Source: an uncultured delta proteobacterium (GTDB lineage Bacteria > Myxococcota_A > Polyangia > Polyangiales > JAFGIB01). From it: DNA of 64,000 nucleotides. The translations under genes and the position numbers were made by a program. The notes under the pieces are model-generated. The model had not been told where the DNA came from, ran no database searches, and saw only the letters and a program-made list of their open reading frames with translations. Each line of letters opens with the position of its first letter. Positions within the stretch are counted from its first letter, which is position 1. Below, one piece after another: positions 10,172 through 19,950 of the stretch. The stretch spans positions 1,344,001-1,408,000 of the forward strand of contig CAVZVA010000010.1 in NCBI GenBank assembly GCA_963778655.1, written 5' to 3'.

Positions 10172-11149
10172 ATGCCATCGCCCAATCCCACACGCGCCCT
10201 CGGGCGTCTTGCTCTGTGCTTCGTGCCCGCGCTGGCGCTGCTCGGTTGCGGCGGGACGCAGAAGCCGCCCCAGAAGCTCGGGCTGTGCGAGATGCCGCTG
10301 CCGATGCAGGGCAGCGCCACGCGTCCGATGCGGCCCGGTGACTGGATGAAGCTGCTGCTGGTGGGCGACATGCGCAAGGACGGCGTCTACGCCGAGACCA
10401 CCTGCGACGGCGAACGCATCGAGCACGTGCCGCTGCCCAAGGACTGCGAGGTGCAGACGCCCGATCCGGGCGTGCCACAGCCGGTGCCGCTGACCGAAGC
10501 CTCGGTGGTCGAGCGCATGCTGCCGGAGAACCGGCGCCTGGTGTGGATCATGACCCACCGCTTTCCCAACGGCGACGGCTTCGGCCCGGTGGCGGCGGTC
10601 ACGCTAACGCCCAAGAGCGTCTACGTGGGCTCGCTCGGCTTCCTGCGCCTGCGCCCGCTGCGCGTCGATCTCAGCCTGTGGAACATCGGGCCCAAGTCCG
10701 TGCTGGTCGGAGAGGGCGAGAGCTGCGAGGATCCCAAGCAGCCGACCACCTGCCGCCGGGCGGCCAACCTGCTGGTCTACGACCACGCGCACTTCCACGC
10801 GCCGCCGATCCGCCGCACCCACTCCGGCGAGTGCATCGACGCGCCCTGGGTCGAGTACAAGCGCGAGGCCGATCTCACGCTCGACAACGGCTGGAACCGT
10901 CACATGAAGATCGTCGCGACCGTGACCCACGATCAGCGTTACGTGGTGATCACCGAGCAGGTCGAGGTCGCCGACACCGATCCCGAGCATCCCGACATCC
11001 CGCCGCGCGACGTGCGCAAGATCGACGCCGAACGCTTCATCCACGTGGAAGGCCCGCGCTTCTACACGCGCCAGCCGCCGCTGTGGCCGCGCATCATCCC
11101 GACCGAAGGCAAGACCACGCTGACCGCCGGCAGCAGCGCCGCTCCCTGA
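10172..11149 (+). CDS. Hypothetical lipoprotein
   Basis: Lipobox LALLGC; several Cys; starts 3 bp after the FHA gene stop. Confidence 0.75.
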   Translation: MPSPNPTRALGRLALCFVPALALLGCGGTQKPPQKLGLCEMPLPMQGSATRPMRPGDWMKLLLVGDMRKDGVYAETTCDGERIEHVPLPKDCEVQTPDPGVPQPVPLTEASVVERMLPENRRLVWIMTHRFPNGDGFGPVAAVTLTPKSVYVGSLGFLRLRPLRVDLSLWNIGPKSVLVGEGESCEDPKQPTTCRRAANLLVYDHAHFHAPPIRRTHSGECIDAPWVEYKREADLTLDNGWNRHMKIVATVTHDQRYVVITEQVEVADTDPEHPDIPPRDVRKIDAERFIHVEGPRFYTRQPPLWPRIIPTEGKTTLTAGSSAAP

Positions 11150-11347
11150 TCGTGGAGGCAATCGCGAAGATGCGCGGGCCGACGATCACCAAGAAGGGCG
11201 GCCTTTCTGCCTGCTGAGTCATCGTCAGCGCACGCTCGACGGCAAGCGCCCCAGTGGTGCTGCCGGCGGAGGCAACGTCGACGGTAGCCGAACCGCGTAA
11301 TGTGCCGGCCGAGGATCGCGATGAAATCATTCCCGATCAGCGCCGAC

Positions 11348-12664
11348 TCACCCTCCCGTGAACAGGCCCTTGGGGTCGGTCGCCTGGCCGCGCAGGTGGT
11401 ATTCCCAATGCACGTGGAAGCCGCGCGCCAGTCCGGTGTCGCCCACCTCGCCCACGATCTGGCCGCGCTGCACGCGCTGCCCCGCGAACACGTAGATCGC
11501 GCGGCAGTGCGCGCTGAAGGTGACGCTGCCGTCGTCGTGCACGATCACCAGCAGGTTGCCGTAGCCGCGCACGCCGTTGTCGCTGTAGGCGACGATGCCG
11601 CGGTTGACCGCCAGGATCGGCGTTCCGGCCGGGGCGCCCACGTCGATGCCGCGGTGCAGCAGATTCTGGAACGGCGGCTTGCGCACGTAGCCGAAGCCAC
11701 GCCACAGCCGTCCCGTCGGCGCGGGCCACAGCATGTCCGCGTGGCGCGCGCGCGGTCCGCCCGCTGCGGCCACCCATTCAGGGCGCGGCCCGTAGTACAG
11801 CAGCCGCCCGACCGCCTGGATGGTGCCGAGCTCGAGCCGATCGGCCAGCTCGGCGTCGTCGCCGAACGGCATCGCGACCTTGCGCGGCCCCTGACAGAAG
11901 TGCTCGTAGGGCGGGTCCATGGGCTCGCAGCCTTGACTCGGCATCCACGCCTGCGGTCGCGCGGCGCGCATCAGCTTCGGGTCGACCACCAGGCCTCCGC
12001 CCGGCCCGCCGCCGGTGTCGTGCCCTTCCTCGTCGTAGATCACGGCGTCCGGCGAGCCGATCGCGACCGCTTCCGGAGCCGGCACCTGTCGCATCGGCAC
12101 CTCCAGCGCCAGTGTGCCGGAGCGCAACGCGGACTCCAGCGCCGCCACCGTCTCCACCGTGTCCAGCGTGATTCCGGGCACGCCCGCCACCGACCAGCCC
12201 GACTCGTCGCGCGAGCCTGCCACCGGAGGGCGCTCCACCAGATTGCGCACCGCGCGCACGTAGCGCCCGAGCAACATCCGATCGATGGTCGGCGGCCACG
12301 GCAAGTTGCGCGCGCCGCGCGCCGCTTGCGAGGCCGTCCACAGATCCACGAAAGGATTGCCGCTGTGGCCGAGCGCGCGTAGCTGGCGCGCGATCGGCGC
12401 GATGTCGAGCCGCGCGCCCAACTCCGAGCGCCGCGCGCGCGTGAGGTGGACGCCGGTCTTGAGCGAGATCTCCTGCGCGGCCCAGCGCTGCGCCACCTGC
12501 TCGAGGAAGCGCTCCGGCGCCCGCGAGCTGGGCACGCGCTGGCCGCGCACCTGCAGCCCTGCCAGCGTGCGCCCGTCGATCTGCAAGAACAGCCAGTACA
12601 GCGTGGGCAGCGCCAACGACAACAGCGCGACCCGCAGCGCCCAGCGCCGCAGTCGCAGGTACAT
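11348..12664 (-). CDS. Membrane-anchored M23 family metallopeptidase
   Basis: N-terminal TM; C-terminal HRGID...GYGN...HVHWE zinc motifs; start reset to MYLRLRR. Confidence 0.85.
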   Translation of the reverse strand: MYLRLRRWALRVALLSLALPTLYWLFLQIDGRTLAGLQVRGQRVPSSRAPERFLEQVAQRWAAQEISLKTGVHLTRARRSELGARLDIAPIARQLRALGHSGNPFVDLWTASQAARGARNLPWPPTIDRMLLGRYVRAVRNLVERPPVAGSRDESGWSVAGVPGITLDTVETVAALESALRSGTLALEVPMRQVPAPEAVAIGSPDAVIYDEEGHDTGGGPGGGLVVDPKLMRAARPQAWMPSQGCEPMDPPYEHFCQGPRKVAMPFGDDAELADRLELGTIQAVGRLLYYGPRPEWVAAAGGPRARHADMLWPAPTGRLWRGFGYVRKPPFQNLLHRGIDVGAPAGTPILAVNRGIVAYSDNGVRGYGNLLVIVHDDGSVTFSAHCRAIYVFAGQRVQRGQIVGEVGDTGLARGFHVHWEYHLRGQATDPKGLFTGG

Positions 12665-12707
12665 CAAGCGTGAGCGCGCAACCAAATCGGTGCCCGTCGA
12701 CCGCCGC

Positions 12708-13250
12708 TCAGAAATCGTCGACCGAGAGCGCAGCGCTGCGCGGCCGCACCAGCCCGAAGCGCGCGATTGCCGCGTACACCGCGCGCGTGGCGATCGCGCG
12801 TTCCAACGCTGCATCGTGCGCGCCGCCGCCGCCGTAGATCGCCGCCTCGCGCTGGTCCCGCTGCAGCGCCTCGAGATGGCGCTGCAGCAGCGCCCCCGCC
12901 AGGGTCACGGCCGCGGTCTCGACCTTCGTCGAACCGGCCGGGGCCGGCGCGCTCAGCGCGTCGGGCACGCCTGTGTGATCCCAGTACAGCGCGCTCACCA
13001 CCCGGTCCGGGCCGACCACGATCGACAGCAGCGCATCGGGCGTGGCGCCCGCGGCCAGCTCGTCCTGGGCGACCATGTGCAGCCCGAGGCTCGCCAGCTC
13101 TCGGCTCAGCCGCGCGACCGTGGGCAGGCCCCCGCCGGCCTGCACCACCACCGCCACCGTGGGTTGCCCGGAAGGTTGCGCGAGCGATCGGCCCGCCTGC
13201 AAGCAGCCCAGCCACCCGATCGTCGCCAGCAGATACGTCGTATTGCGCAT
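12708..13250 (-). CDS. Hypothetical secreted protein
   Basis: Signal-peptide-like N-terminus; GGAG RBS; co-oriented with the M23 gene. Confidence 0.6.
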   Translation of the reverse strand: MRNTTYLLATIGWLGCLQAGRSLAQPSGQPTVAVVVQAGGGLPTVARLSRELASLGLHMVAQDELAAGATPDALLSIVVGPDRVVSALYWDHTGVPDALSAPAPAGSTKVETAAVTLAGALLQRHLEALQRDQREAAIYGGGGAHDAALERAIATRAVYAAIARFGLVRPRSAALSVDDF

Positions 13251-13363
13251 GGCGGCTCCAGTCTAAACCGAGAGCGCGCCGGCTTCCACGGCGGGGACTG
13301 ACTGCGTTGCGCCGCCGCGCTGCGAGCGTTACCGTAAGCGCCCCGCGGCTGGGAGCGGAGCAC

Positions 13364-16300
13364 GTGTCGAGGGCCGTCAGATCACTCCTGCTGCTGTGGC
13401 TGGGCTTTGGGGCGTGCGCCTGCACGCTCGACTTCGGTCGCTTCACGGCGGCCTCCGCCGCCGGCAATACCGGGGGCGACGGCGGCAGCCAGGACGGTGG
13501 TGCAAGCCGGGTCGGCACGCCCTGCAGCCCCGACGGCAGCCGCGACTGCGACGGGCACGCCAGCGTACAGCCGCTCTTGTGCCGCAGCGGCAAGTGGCGG
13601 CCCGCGGCGGCCTGCGCGGACGGCGAGCGCTGCGATACGCGCGCGGGCGCGACCCTGGGCCAGTGCGTGGCGGTCCCCCCCGAGTGCACCGAGCGGATCC
13701 CCGGCGAGGCGTTCTGTGACGGCGACAGCTTGCGCACCTGTGGTCCGGACCTGATTTCCTTCGACGAGGTTTCGTGCGCGCCCGGTGGCCATTGCAACGA
13801 CGGCGGCAGCGGCGCGCGCTGCGACTGCGATCCGGGCTACGCGCCGGGCGCTGCAGGCGGTTGCGTCGGCGGCGGCGACGGGGGCGCAGATGGCGGCGGC
13901 CAGGGCGGGGACGCCTCGGCCGGCGGCGGTGGAGACGCAGGACCCGTCAACGCGCCACCCGACGTGGAGGTGATGTTTCCACGACCCGGCCTGACCGATC
14001 GCGCCGCGATCACGGTGCGCGGCGTGGTGAGTGATCCCGAAGGTGATCCGATCGCGGAGCTGCGCGTCAACGACGCGCTGGCCCAGGTCGGCGCGGATGG
14101 CCGCTTCAGCGTGTCGGCGCCGCTCGAGCTGGGGCGTCACGCGCTCAACGTCCACGTGCAAGACGCGCGCGGGGCCAGCGCCGACATCGCCTCGGTCGAG
14201 CTCGAACGGCTGGGCTACATGTTCCAGCATGCCGCCGACATGGTGCTGGACGCCGCCAACCAGCGCGTGATCGCGGTCGACGACGCGACCGACGCGGTGG
14301 TGGCGATCTCGACCACCGACGGCTCGCGCAGTGTGATCGTGCCGCCTGTCGACAACCCGGTCGGACGCGATAGCCTCGCGCTCGACGCCGCCAACGACCG
14401 TGTGCTGGTGGCCGAGCACAATCCGGGGGCGCTGGCGTGGATCGACCTCGCGACCGGCACGCGCACCTTGGTGTCCGACGCCACACACGGCAGCGGCGAT
14501 GCGATCGTCCCGCGCGCGCCGCTGCTCGATCCCAGCACGCCCGGGCGGGCCTTCGTGCTCGCCGACGGCGCCAACAGCAACTCGGGAGCGTTGGTGTACG
14601 CCGTCGATCTCGCGAGCGGCAACCGCACGCCCGTGATGGTGACCGCGAACAACTGGAGCGGCTGCATCGATCTGCTCTTCGATCAGGCGCGCAATCGCCT
14701 GATCATCGTCAGCTCCGACGGCCTGCTGGCGGTCGCACCGGGCGGCGGCACCGGTGTGGTCGTGGCTACCGGCGTCAACCGGGCGCCGGCCGTGGGCAGC
14801 GGGTCGCCGCTGTTCAATCCTGCGCACGGCGCGCTCGACGGAGATCGCGCGCTGCTTTCCGGTGGGCAGTACGCCGGCAACGGCGCCGTCGCCATTCACG
14901 CCGTGGACCTGGTGAGCGGGAACCACCAGGAGCTGGCGGCGCTCACGCTCGGCGGCGATCCGACTCCGCTCCAGCGCTACGACACCTCTAACCCCTTCGC
15001 CTACGACCCGGCGACCGGCCTGGGCTGGGTGCTCGACAGCAGCGGGCGCTTGCTGTCGGTAAGGCTGCAACCCGGTGATCGCGAGTACTTCTCCGACGTG
15101 CTCTACGGCCAGGGCCCCTCCTTCTACAAGCCGCTCTCGATCGCCGACGACGCGACCCGTAACCGCTGGGTGGTGGCCGACACCGGCGCTCCCGGTGTCT
15201 TGATGGCGGTGGACAAGAAGAGCGGCGACCGGACGCCGATCTCGTCCGACACCCGAGGCACCGGCGACGCGTTCAACAGGCTGGCCGCGGTCGCCGTCGA
15301 CAGCTTGCGGGACCGGCTAATCGCGCTCGATGCCGACAGCCTGTACGCCGTCGATCCGGTGAGCGGCGATCGCAGCGTGATCGCGCGCGACACGACGACC
15401 GGCGGCGTGGGCAGCGGCGCCGCCTTTGCAGGCGCCACCAGCCTGGTGATGGCGGCAGACGGTGTGCACGCGATGGTCGCCGGCTGCTCCGCCAGCTCTG
15501 CTTGCGGCGGTCAGGTGGTCGCCATCGATCTGGTCACCGACGCCACGCAGACCCCGGCGCTGAGCGCGGGCAAACGCACGGTGTTCTCTTCGCAGAACGG
15601 CACCCCGATCCAGCCGCTGTTGGGCATCGCCGTCGCGCCGCAGGCGAACACCGGCATCGAATACCTCGCGATCACCAGCGACTCGCTGTTCGGAATCGAT
15701 CTCAACAACGGCAGTCGCACCCTGATCGCGGGACCCAGCACGGGCAGCGGACCGGCGCTCACCAACCCGGTGGCGGTCGCGTTCGATGCCTACGAAGGCC
15801 GCGCGATCGTGCTCAACGACCACGGCGGCAGCGTGGTCGCGGTCGATCTGGACACAGGCGATCGCAGCCCGGTGAGCGACCAGTCCGCCAATGCCGGGCC
15901 GTACCCCAGCTTGATCTCCGGCCTGATCGCCGACGACAGCAGCCATGCTCTGTTGCTGGCAGAAGGCTGGGGCGATAATGACGCGGGCCTGGTCGAAGTG
16001 CAGCTGTGCGACCGCAAGCGCAGCCTGGTCTCGGATCAGGCGCGCGGCGAATGGAACGCGGTTGCGACCGTGCTGGACGCTCCCAACAGCCTGCTGTACG
16101 CCGGACAGAGCCCGCTCGACGTCGACGATGCGACGCTCGGTGCGAAGGTGCTCGCGCTCGACACCCGCACCGGCAACGTGGGCGTGATCTCCGACGACGC
16201 CGATGACGGCGGCTCGCCGCGCTGGAAGGTCCCGATCGCCCTGGCGCTCGACCCCGGTGGCGGACGCTTGCTCGGGGCGAGCCTGTTCTACTCCACGCCC

Positions 16301-16957
16301 AACCCGGTGCTCGCGATCGAGCTCGGCGACGGCACCCAGAGCGTGCTGTCGGACTCGAACACCGGCGCGGGAGTGGCCTGGCAGGCCGTCTTCGACCTGG
16401 CGTGGGACGGAGCCCACGACCGCGCGCTGGCGGCCGCGCTCGGGCTCCCGGGCATCATCGCGATCGATCCCGCAAGCGGCGATCGCGTGGTGCTATCCGG
16501 AGGTCCCAACGGCGCCGGCACCGCGCTGACCGGGCCGCGCGCCTGCGCGCTCGATGCGTCCGGCAACCGGCTGGTCACGGTCGACGGTACCGAGCTGATC
16601 GCGATCGACCTCGAGAGCGGCGACCGCAGCCCGCTTTCGGGTGCGAGCGCGGGCAGCGGGCCGGCGCTGATCGCGCCCCAGCGTGTGGTTCTCGATCAAG
16701 CGGGCTCCCGAGCGATCGTGCTCGACATCGGCGACAGCAACACCGACGCCACGCTGGTCGCGGTCGACTTGAGCGATGGCACGCGCAGCACGCTCGCGAC
16801 CCTTCCCCGGCGCTGGTACGGCACGAGCGTGCTGGTGCCGCCCTCGATCGCGTTCGACGGCGCCTCCTCGATTGCCTACCTCGGGCCTGTGACCGGCTTG
16901 TTTGCGCTGGATCCGTCCAGCGGGGACTACGTCCTGATGGCTGGCTATGGCGACTGA
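13364..16957 (+). CDS. Large surface lipoprotein: Cys-rich N-terminus, Ig-like domain, many beta-propeller-type repeats
   Basis: GTG after GGAG; LLLLWLGFGACAC signal; Cys-rich module; Gly/Asp linker; recurring (V/I)DLxSG(D/N)R...S...GSG..P repeats. Confidence 0.8.
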   Translation: MSRAVRSLLLLWLGFGACACTLDFGRFTAASAAGNTGGDGGSQDGGASRVGTPCSPDGSRDCDGHASVQPLLCRSGKWRPAAACADGERCDTRAGATLGQCVAVPPECTERIPGEAFCDGDSLRTCGPDLISFDEVSCAPGGHCNDGGSGARCDCDPGYAPGAAGGCVGGGDGGADGGGQGGDASAGGGGDAGPVNAPPDVEVMFPRPGLTDRAAITVRGVVSDPEGDPIAELRVNDALAQVGADGRFSVSAPLELGRHALNVHVQDARGASADIASVELERLGYMFQHAADMVLDAANQRVIAVDDATDAVVAISTTDGSRSVIVPPVDNPVGRDSLALDAANDRVLVAEHNPGALAWIDLATGTRTLVSDATHGSGDAIVPRAPLLDPSTPGRAFVLADGANSNSGALVYAVDLASGNRTPVMVTANNWSGCIDLLFDQARNRLIIVSSDGLLAVAPGGGTGVVVATGVNRAPAVGSGSPLFNPAHGALDGDRALLSGGQYAGNGAVAIHAVDLVSGNHQELAALTLGGDPTPLQRYDTSNPFAYDPATGLGWVLDSSGRLLSVRLQPGDREYFSDVLYGQGPSFYKPLSIADDATRNRWVVADTGAPGVLMAVDKKSGDRTPISSDTRGTGDAFNRLAAVAVDSLRDRLIALDADSLYAVDPVSGDRSVIARDTTTGGVGSGAAFAGATSLVMAADGVHAMVAGCSASSACGGQVVAIDLVTDATQTPALSAGKRTVFSSQNGTPIQPLLGIAVAPQANTGIEYLAITSDSLFGIDLNNGSRTLIAGPSTGSGPALTNPVAVAFDAYEGRAIVLNDHGGSVVAVDLDTGDRSPVSDQSANAGPYPSLISGLIADDSSHALLLAEGWGDNDAGLVEVQLCDRKRSLVSDQARGEWNAVATVLDAPNSLLYAGQSPLDVDDATLGAKVLALDTRTGNVGVISDDADDGGSPRWKVPIALALDPGGGRLLGASLFYSTPNPVLAIELGDGTQSVLSDSNTGAGVAWQAVFDLAWDGAHDRALAAALGLPGIIAIDPASGDRVVLSGGPNGAGTALTGPRACALDASGNRLVTVDGTELIAIDLESGDRSPLSGASAGSGPALIAPQRVVLDQAGSRAIVLDIGDSNTDATLVAVDLSDGTRSTLATLPRRWYGTSVLVPPSIAFDGASSIAYLGPVTGLFALDPSSGDYVLMAGYGD

Positions 16958-17048
16958 GCGGCGCGAGCGCCTTGGCCGGCCAGCGCGCGGCGTCTTCGCT
17001 CCGCGCTTGCCCGCCCCATCGGGTCGCGTTAGCGTCGGGGCCTGCACG

Positions 17049-18026
17049 ATGGGGGCTTGGTTGCGATACGCGCTGGTGGCAGGCTCGCTGTTGTTCGCGT
17101 TGGGCGCGAGCGTGCGCGGCGTGCGCGCCGAGGACGTGGACTACGCCACCACCATCCGCGACGCCATCGCGGAGTACGATGCGGGGCGCTACGAAGAGGC
17201 CGCGGCGCTGTTCGAGCGCGCGCACGCCAAGTCGCCGAGCGCGCGCACCCACCGCGGGCTGGGGCTGGCCTACTTCCAATCGCGCAAGTATTCCCTGGCG
17301 GTGCGCCATCTGCGCGCCGCGCTCTCGGACACGCGCCGGCCGCTGAGCGGGACCCAGCGTGCCGAGGCCGAGCGCTTTCTCAAGCAGGCGCTGCACTTCG
17401 TCGCTCGCTTCAAGCTGGTGCTCGATCCGGCCGACGCCGAGGTGCAGGCCGACGGACACGAAGGCGAGCGCCAGGGTGACGAGCTACTGCTCGACCCCGG
17501 GCAGCACGAGCTGATCGTGCACGCGCCCGAGCACCAGGACGAGCGGCGCATCGTCGAGGCGATCGCCGGCTCCAGCTCGGAGCTGGAGATCAAGCTGGCC
17601 CCGAGCGCGCCGTCGCAGGGCGAGCAGGCCGCTGCGCGGGTCGAGGCGCCGCCGGTCGGTGCTCCGCTCCCCCAGCAGCCGACCCGGCAGGGCCAGGGGC
17701 GCGGCATCGGGCCCTACATCGTGGCCGGCGCGGGCGGCGCGCTGCTGGTCGGCGCGCTGGTCACCGGGCTGGTCGCCAACGGCCTGTATGACAAGCTCGA
17801 CCGTGACTGCCCCAAGGGCGCCTGCAGCGACCCCAAGCTGATCAGCGACCGCAATACCGGCAAGACACTGGTGGTGACCACCAACGTGCTGCTGGTCACC
17901 GGCCTGGTCGCGGTGGCCGCAGGCGCGACCTTTTGGCTGCTCGCTCCCAGCGGCTCGCACGAGACCCGGGTGGCCGCGGTCTGTGCCCCGGGCGGCTGCG
18001 CGCTCTCGCTGGCGGGCCGACTGTAG
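17049..18026 (+). CDS. TPR + PEGA-like protein with C-terminal hydrophobic helices
   Basis: Signal peptide, YDAGRYEEAAALFERA TPR, LDPGQHELIVHAP PEGA-like segment, CPKGAC loop between hydrophobic helices. Confidence 0.8.
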   Translation: MGAWLRYALVAGSLLFALGASVRGVRAEDVDYATTIRDAIAEYDAGRYEEAAALFERAHAKSPSARTHRGLGLAYFQSRKYSLAVRHLRAALSDTRRPLSGTQRAEAERFLKQALHFVARFKLVLDPADAEVQADGHEGERQGDELLLDPGQHELIVHAPEHQDERRIVEAIAGSSSELEIKLAPSAPSQGEQAAARVEAPPVGAPLPQQPTRQGQGRGIGPYIVAGAGGALLVGALVTGLVANGLYDKLDRDCPKGACSDPKLISDRNTGKTLVVTTNVLLVTGLVAVAAGATFWLLAPSGSHETRVAAVCAPGGCALSLAGRL

Positions 18027-18044
18027 CCCACGCGCGGCCGGCGC

Positions 18045-18740
18045 TCACTGGCGCTTGCGCCGCGGCTGGCTATGCGGCGGCGGCAGCAGCGACTCGAGCA
18101 GCAGGTCGCTCTTCTGGTCGACGCGTTGCACCAACTCCGAGGTCGCCGCCACGCTCGACTCGAGCCCGGCCGCGTGGTCGCGCAGCGCCTGCACCGCCTG
18201 GCGATCCCGCTCGGCGTGGCCGCGGACGCGCTGCAGCTCGCCGCGCAGCGCGCTCACCGTGGCGTAGCCGTACCAGCCAGCGAGGCCAACCAGGGCCAGC
18301 GCCAGGGCTGCGGCGCTCCACGCCACGATGCGAACGCCGCTCCGAGGGGCCGCAGCGGCAGCCAGGGCGCGGTGTGCGCCGGTGGCAGGCTCCGGCTCGG
18401 GCTCGGCCAACGCATGGGCCTGCGGAAAGCTCACGCTCGCCGCGGGCTCCTCCTCCGCGCGCGCGAGCGGCGGCAGCCGCACCTCGGTCGCCGCGTAGGC
18501 CATGCTGGTGCGCAAGCTCAGCCCATGGGTGGCGAAGAAGGAGAGAAATTCCTCTCGGCCCTTGGGCGCGCGCGCGTGCTCGTGCAGGAAGCTCTCGATC
18601 TGGGCGCTGGGCACGTCCTGCTGATCGGGATCGACGCCCAGCGCAAGCAGGTCGTACAGCACGTCCTGCATCGCCTGCACGTCGGCCTCGGCCGTGCTCG
18701 ACCGCGGCGTCCTCGATTGGGCAACACGCACTGCGCTCAT
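18045..18740 (-). CDS. Hypothetical single-pass membrane protein with C-terminal coiled coil
   Basis: ATG with GAGGAG RBS; TM WSAAALALALVGLAGWYGY followed by a heptad-like segment. Confidence 0.65.
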   Translation of the reverse strand: MSAVRVAQSRTPRSSTAEADVQAMQDVLYDLLALGVDPDQQDVPSAQIESFLHEHARAPKGREEFLSFFATHGLSLRTSMAYAATEVRLPPLARAEEEPAASVSFPQAHALAEPEPEPATGAHRALAAAAAPRSGVRIVAWSAAALALALVGLAGWYGYATVSALRGELQRVRGHAERDRQAVQALRDHAAGLESSVAATSELVQRVDQKSDLLLESLLPPPHSQPRRKRQ

Positions 18741-18879
18741 CGTCGCTCTCCTCGCTGGGTGACTGCGACCGACGTTAGGCGTCGCGCGCGGCGGGTCAAG
18801 AAATCGACCAGGCGGGTGGGCGCGGCTGCCCGTCAGGCCTGCGCCGCGGCCCGCGCTCGCGTGCGGCCAAGCGCGCCGC

Positions 18880-19215
18880 TCAGCGCTCGCTGCGCTCGCA
18901 CCAGCGATAGCTGTTGCAGTGCGCACCCTGCGGGCAGTCCCGGTCCGCGCTGCAGGTGCGCGCGCACACGTCCGCGCCCAGGCACACCGACAGGCTGCCG
19001 AAGCGCTCCTGGCAGGACGGCGTGGAGTTGCAGGTCGCCGCGCACTGGCCGTCTATCACGTCGCGCGCGTGGGTGCAGAGCAGACCCAGCTGGCACTCGC
19101 TGTCGTTGCTGCAGGCCCCGCCCAACATGTGCGCGTTGGGCAAGCGTTGCGGCTCGATGTTGCCGATCGCGGCCAGGACCAGGACGCAACACGATGCAAG
19201 CAGCCAGCGACTCAT
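18880..19215 (-). CDS. Small Cys-rich secreted protein
   Basis: Signal peptide, then CxxDxxC-type repeats (CSNDSEC, CNSTPSC, CSADRDC). Confidence 0.7.
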   Translation of the reverse strand: MSRWLLASCCVLVLAAIGNIEPQRLPNAHMLGGACSNDSECQLGLLCTHARDVIDGQCAATCNSTPSCQERFGSLSVCLGADVCARTCSADRDCPQGAHCNSYRWCERSER

Positions 19216-19499
19216 GGCGGTCTCTCGAAGGGCGCAGGTTCCGGCCACGGAAGGCGTGGTCCGGCAGGGGGAGCGGTCCCGGGGCCCAAGCTCAGCGGCG
19301 TACGGGATCGGAACCGACAAGGAAGTACATATCGCACATCGTACGCAAGTCAACCGCCGATCTCGGCGCCGCGGTCAAGAAACCGCGCGGAAAGCCTGGG
19401 GACAGCCCCCGGCGCAAGCGCATTTCACACGCCGGAAATGCCCGCCCCTCGCGCCTGATGTATCAGCGCGCTCCCGTCCCGAAATGGCGTTTCGGAGGA

Positions 19500-19560
19500 T
19501 TCAACAGGAAGACGGGAAGGCGAGAAGAACAAAATCCTCGGGGCTTCCCGTCTTGCGGTG
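19500..19560. repeat. Dispersed palindromic repeat (family A), copy 2
   Basis: TTCAACAGGAAGACGGGAAGGCGAGAAG...CTTCCCGTCTTGCGGTG just downstream of cyaY. Confidence 0.75.
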
Positions 19561-19579
19561 GATCCTCTGTGTCGAGGTA

Positions 19580-19906
19580 CTAATCAGTCTCGGAAAGCCG
19601 CAGGCCCCCGACCTCCCACGCGAGCTGCCGCAGCACGCTGAACAGCTCGCCCCGCCCCTTGTCGTCGAGCCAACAGGCCCCGGCCTCGTCATAAGAGAAG
19701 TGCCAGGCGTGCTGGCCGCCGGCCAGCCACAGCTGCTGCACCGGACGCTGCGTGTTGAGCACGATCCGGCGCGCGCCGCGCAGCTCGATCCGCACCACGT
19801 CGCCGCCCGCCTCGATGTCTGCTTCGTCGGGATCCACGTGCTCGAACAGGTCGAGCACGCGCCCGAAGGTCTCGGCCGCCAGTCGTTCGTACGCGCTTTC
19901 GTTCAC
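19580..19906 (-). CDS. cyaY: Iron donor protein CyaY (frataxin)
   Basis: GTG start (M)NESAYERLA...IVLNTQRPVQQLWLA...HFSYD...W; 108 aa. Confidence 0.88.
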   Translation of the reverse strand: MNESAYERLAAETFGRVLDLFEHVDPDEADIEAGGDVVRIELRGARRIVLNTQRPVQQLWLAGGQHAWHFSYDEAGACWLDDKGRGELFSVLRQLAWEVGGLRLSETD

Positions 19907-19950
19907 GGCTCGATGCTCTAAGGCCGACACCCGTCCCGGCGCAAGCCGCG

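Noticed and set aside
11150..11347. Possible pseudogene fragment between the lipoprotein and M23 genes
   Set aside because: Short interrupted frames with no recognisable motif; cannot be supported without a search.
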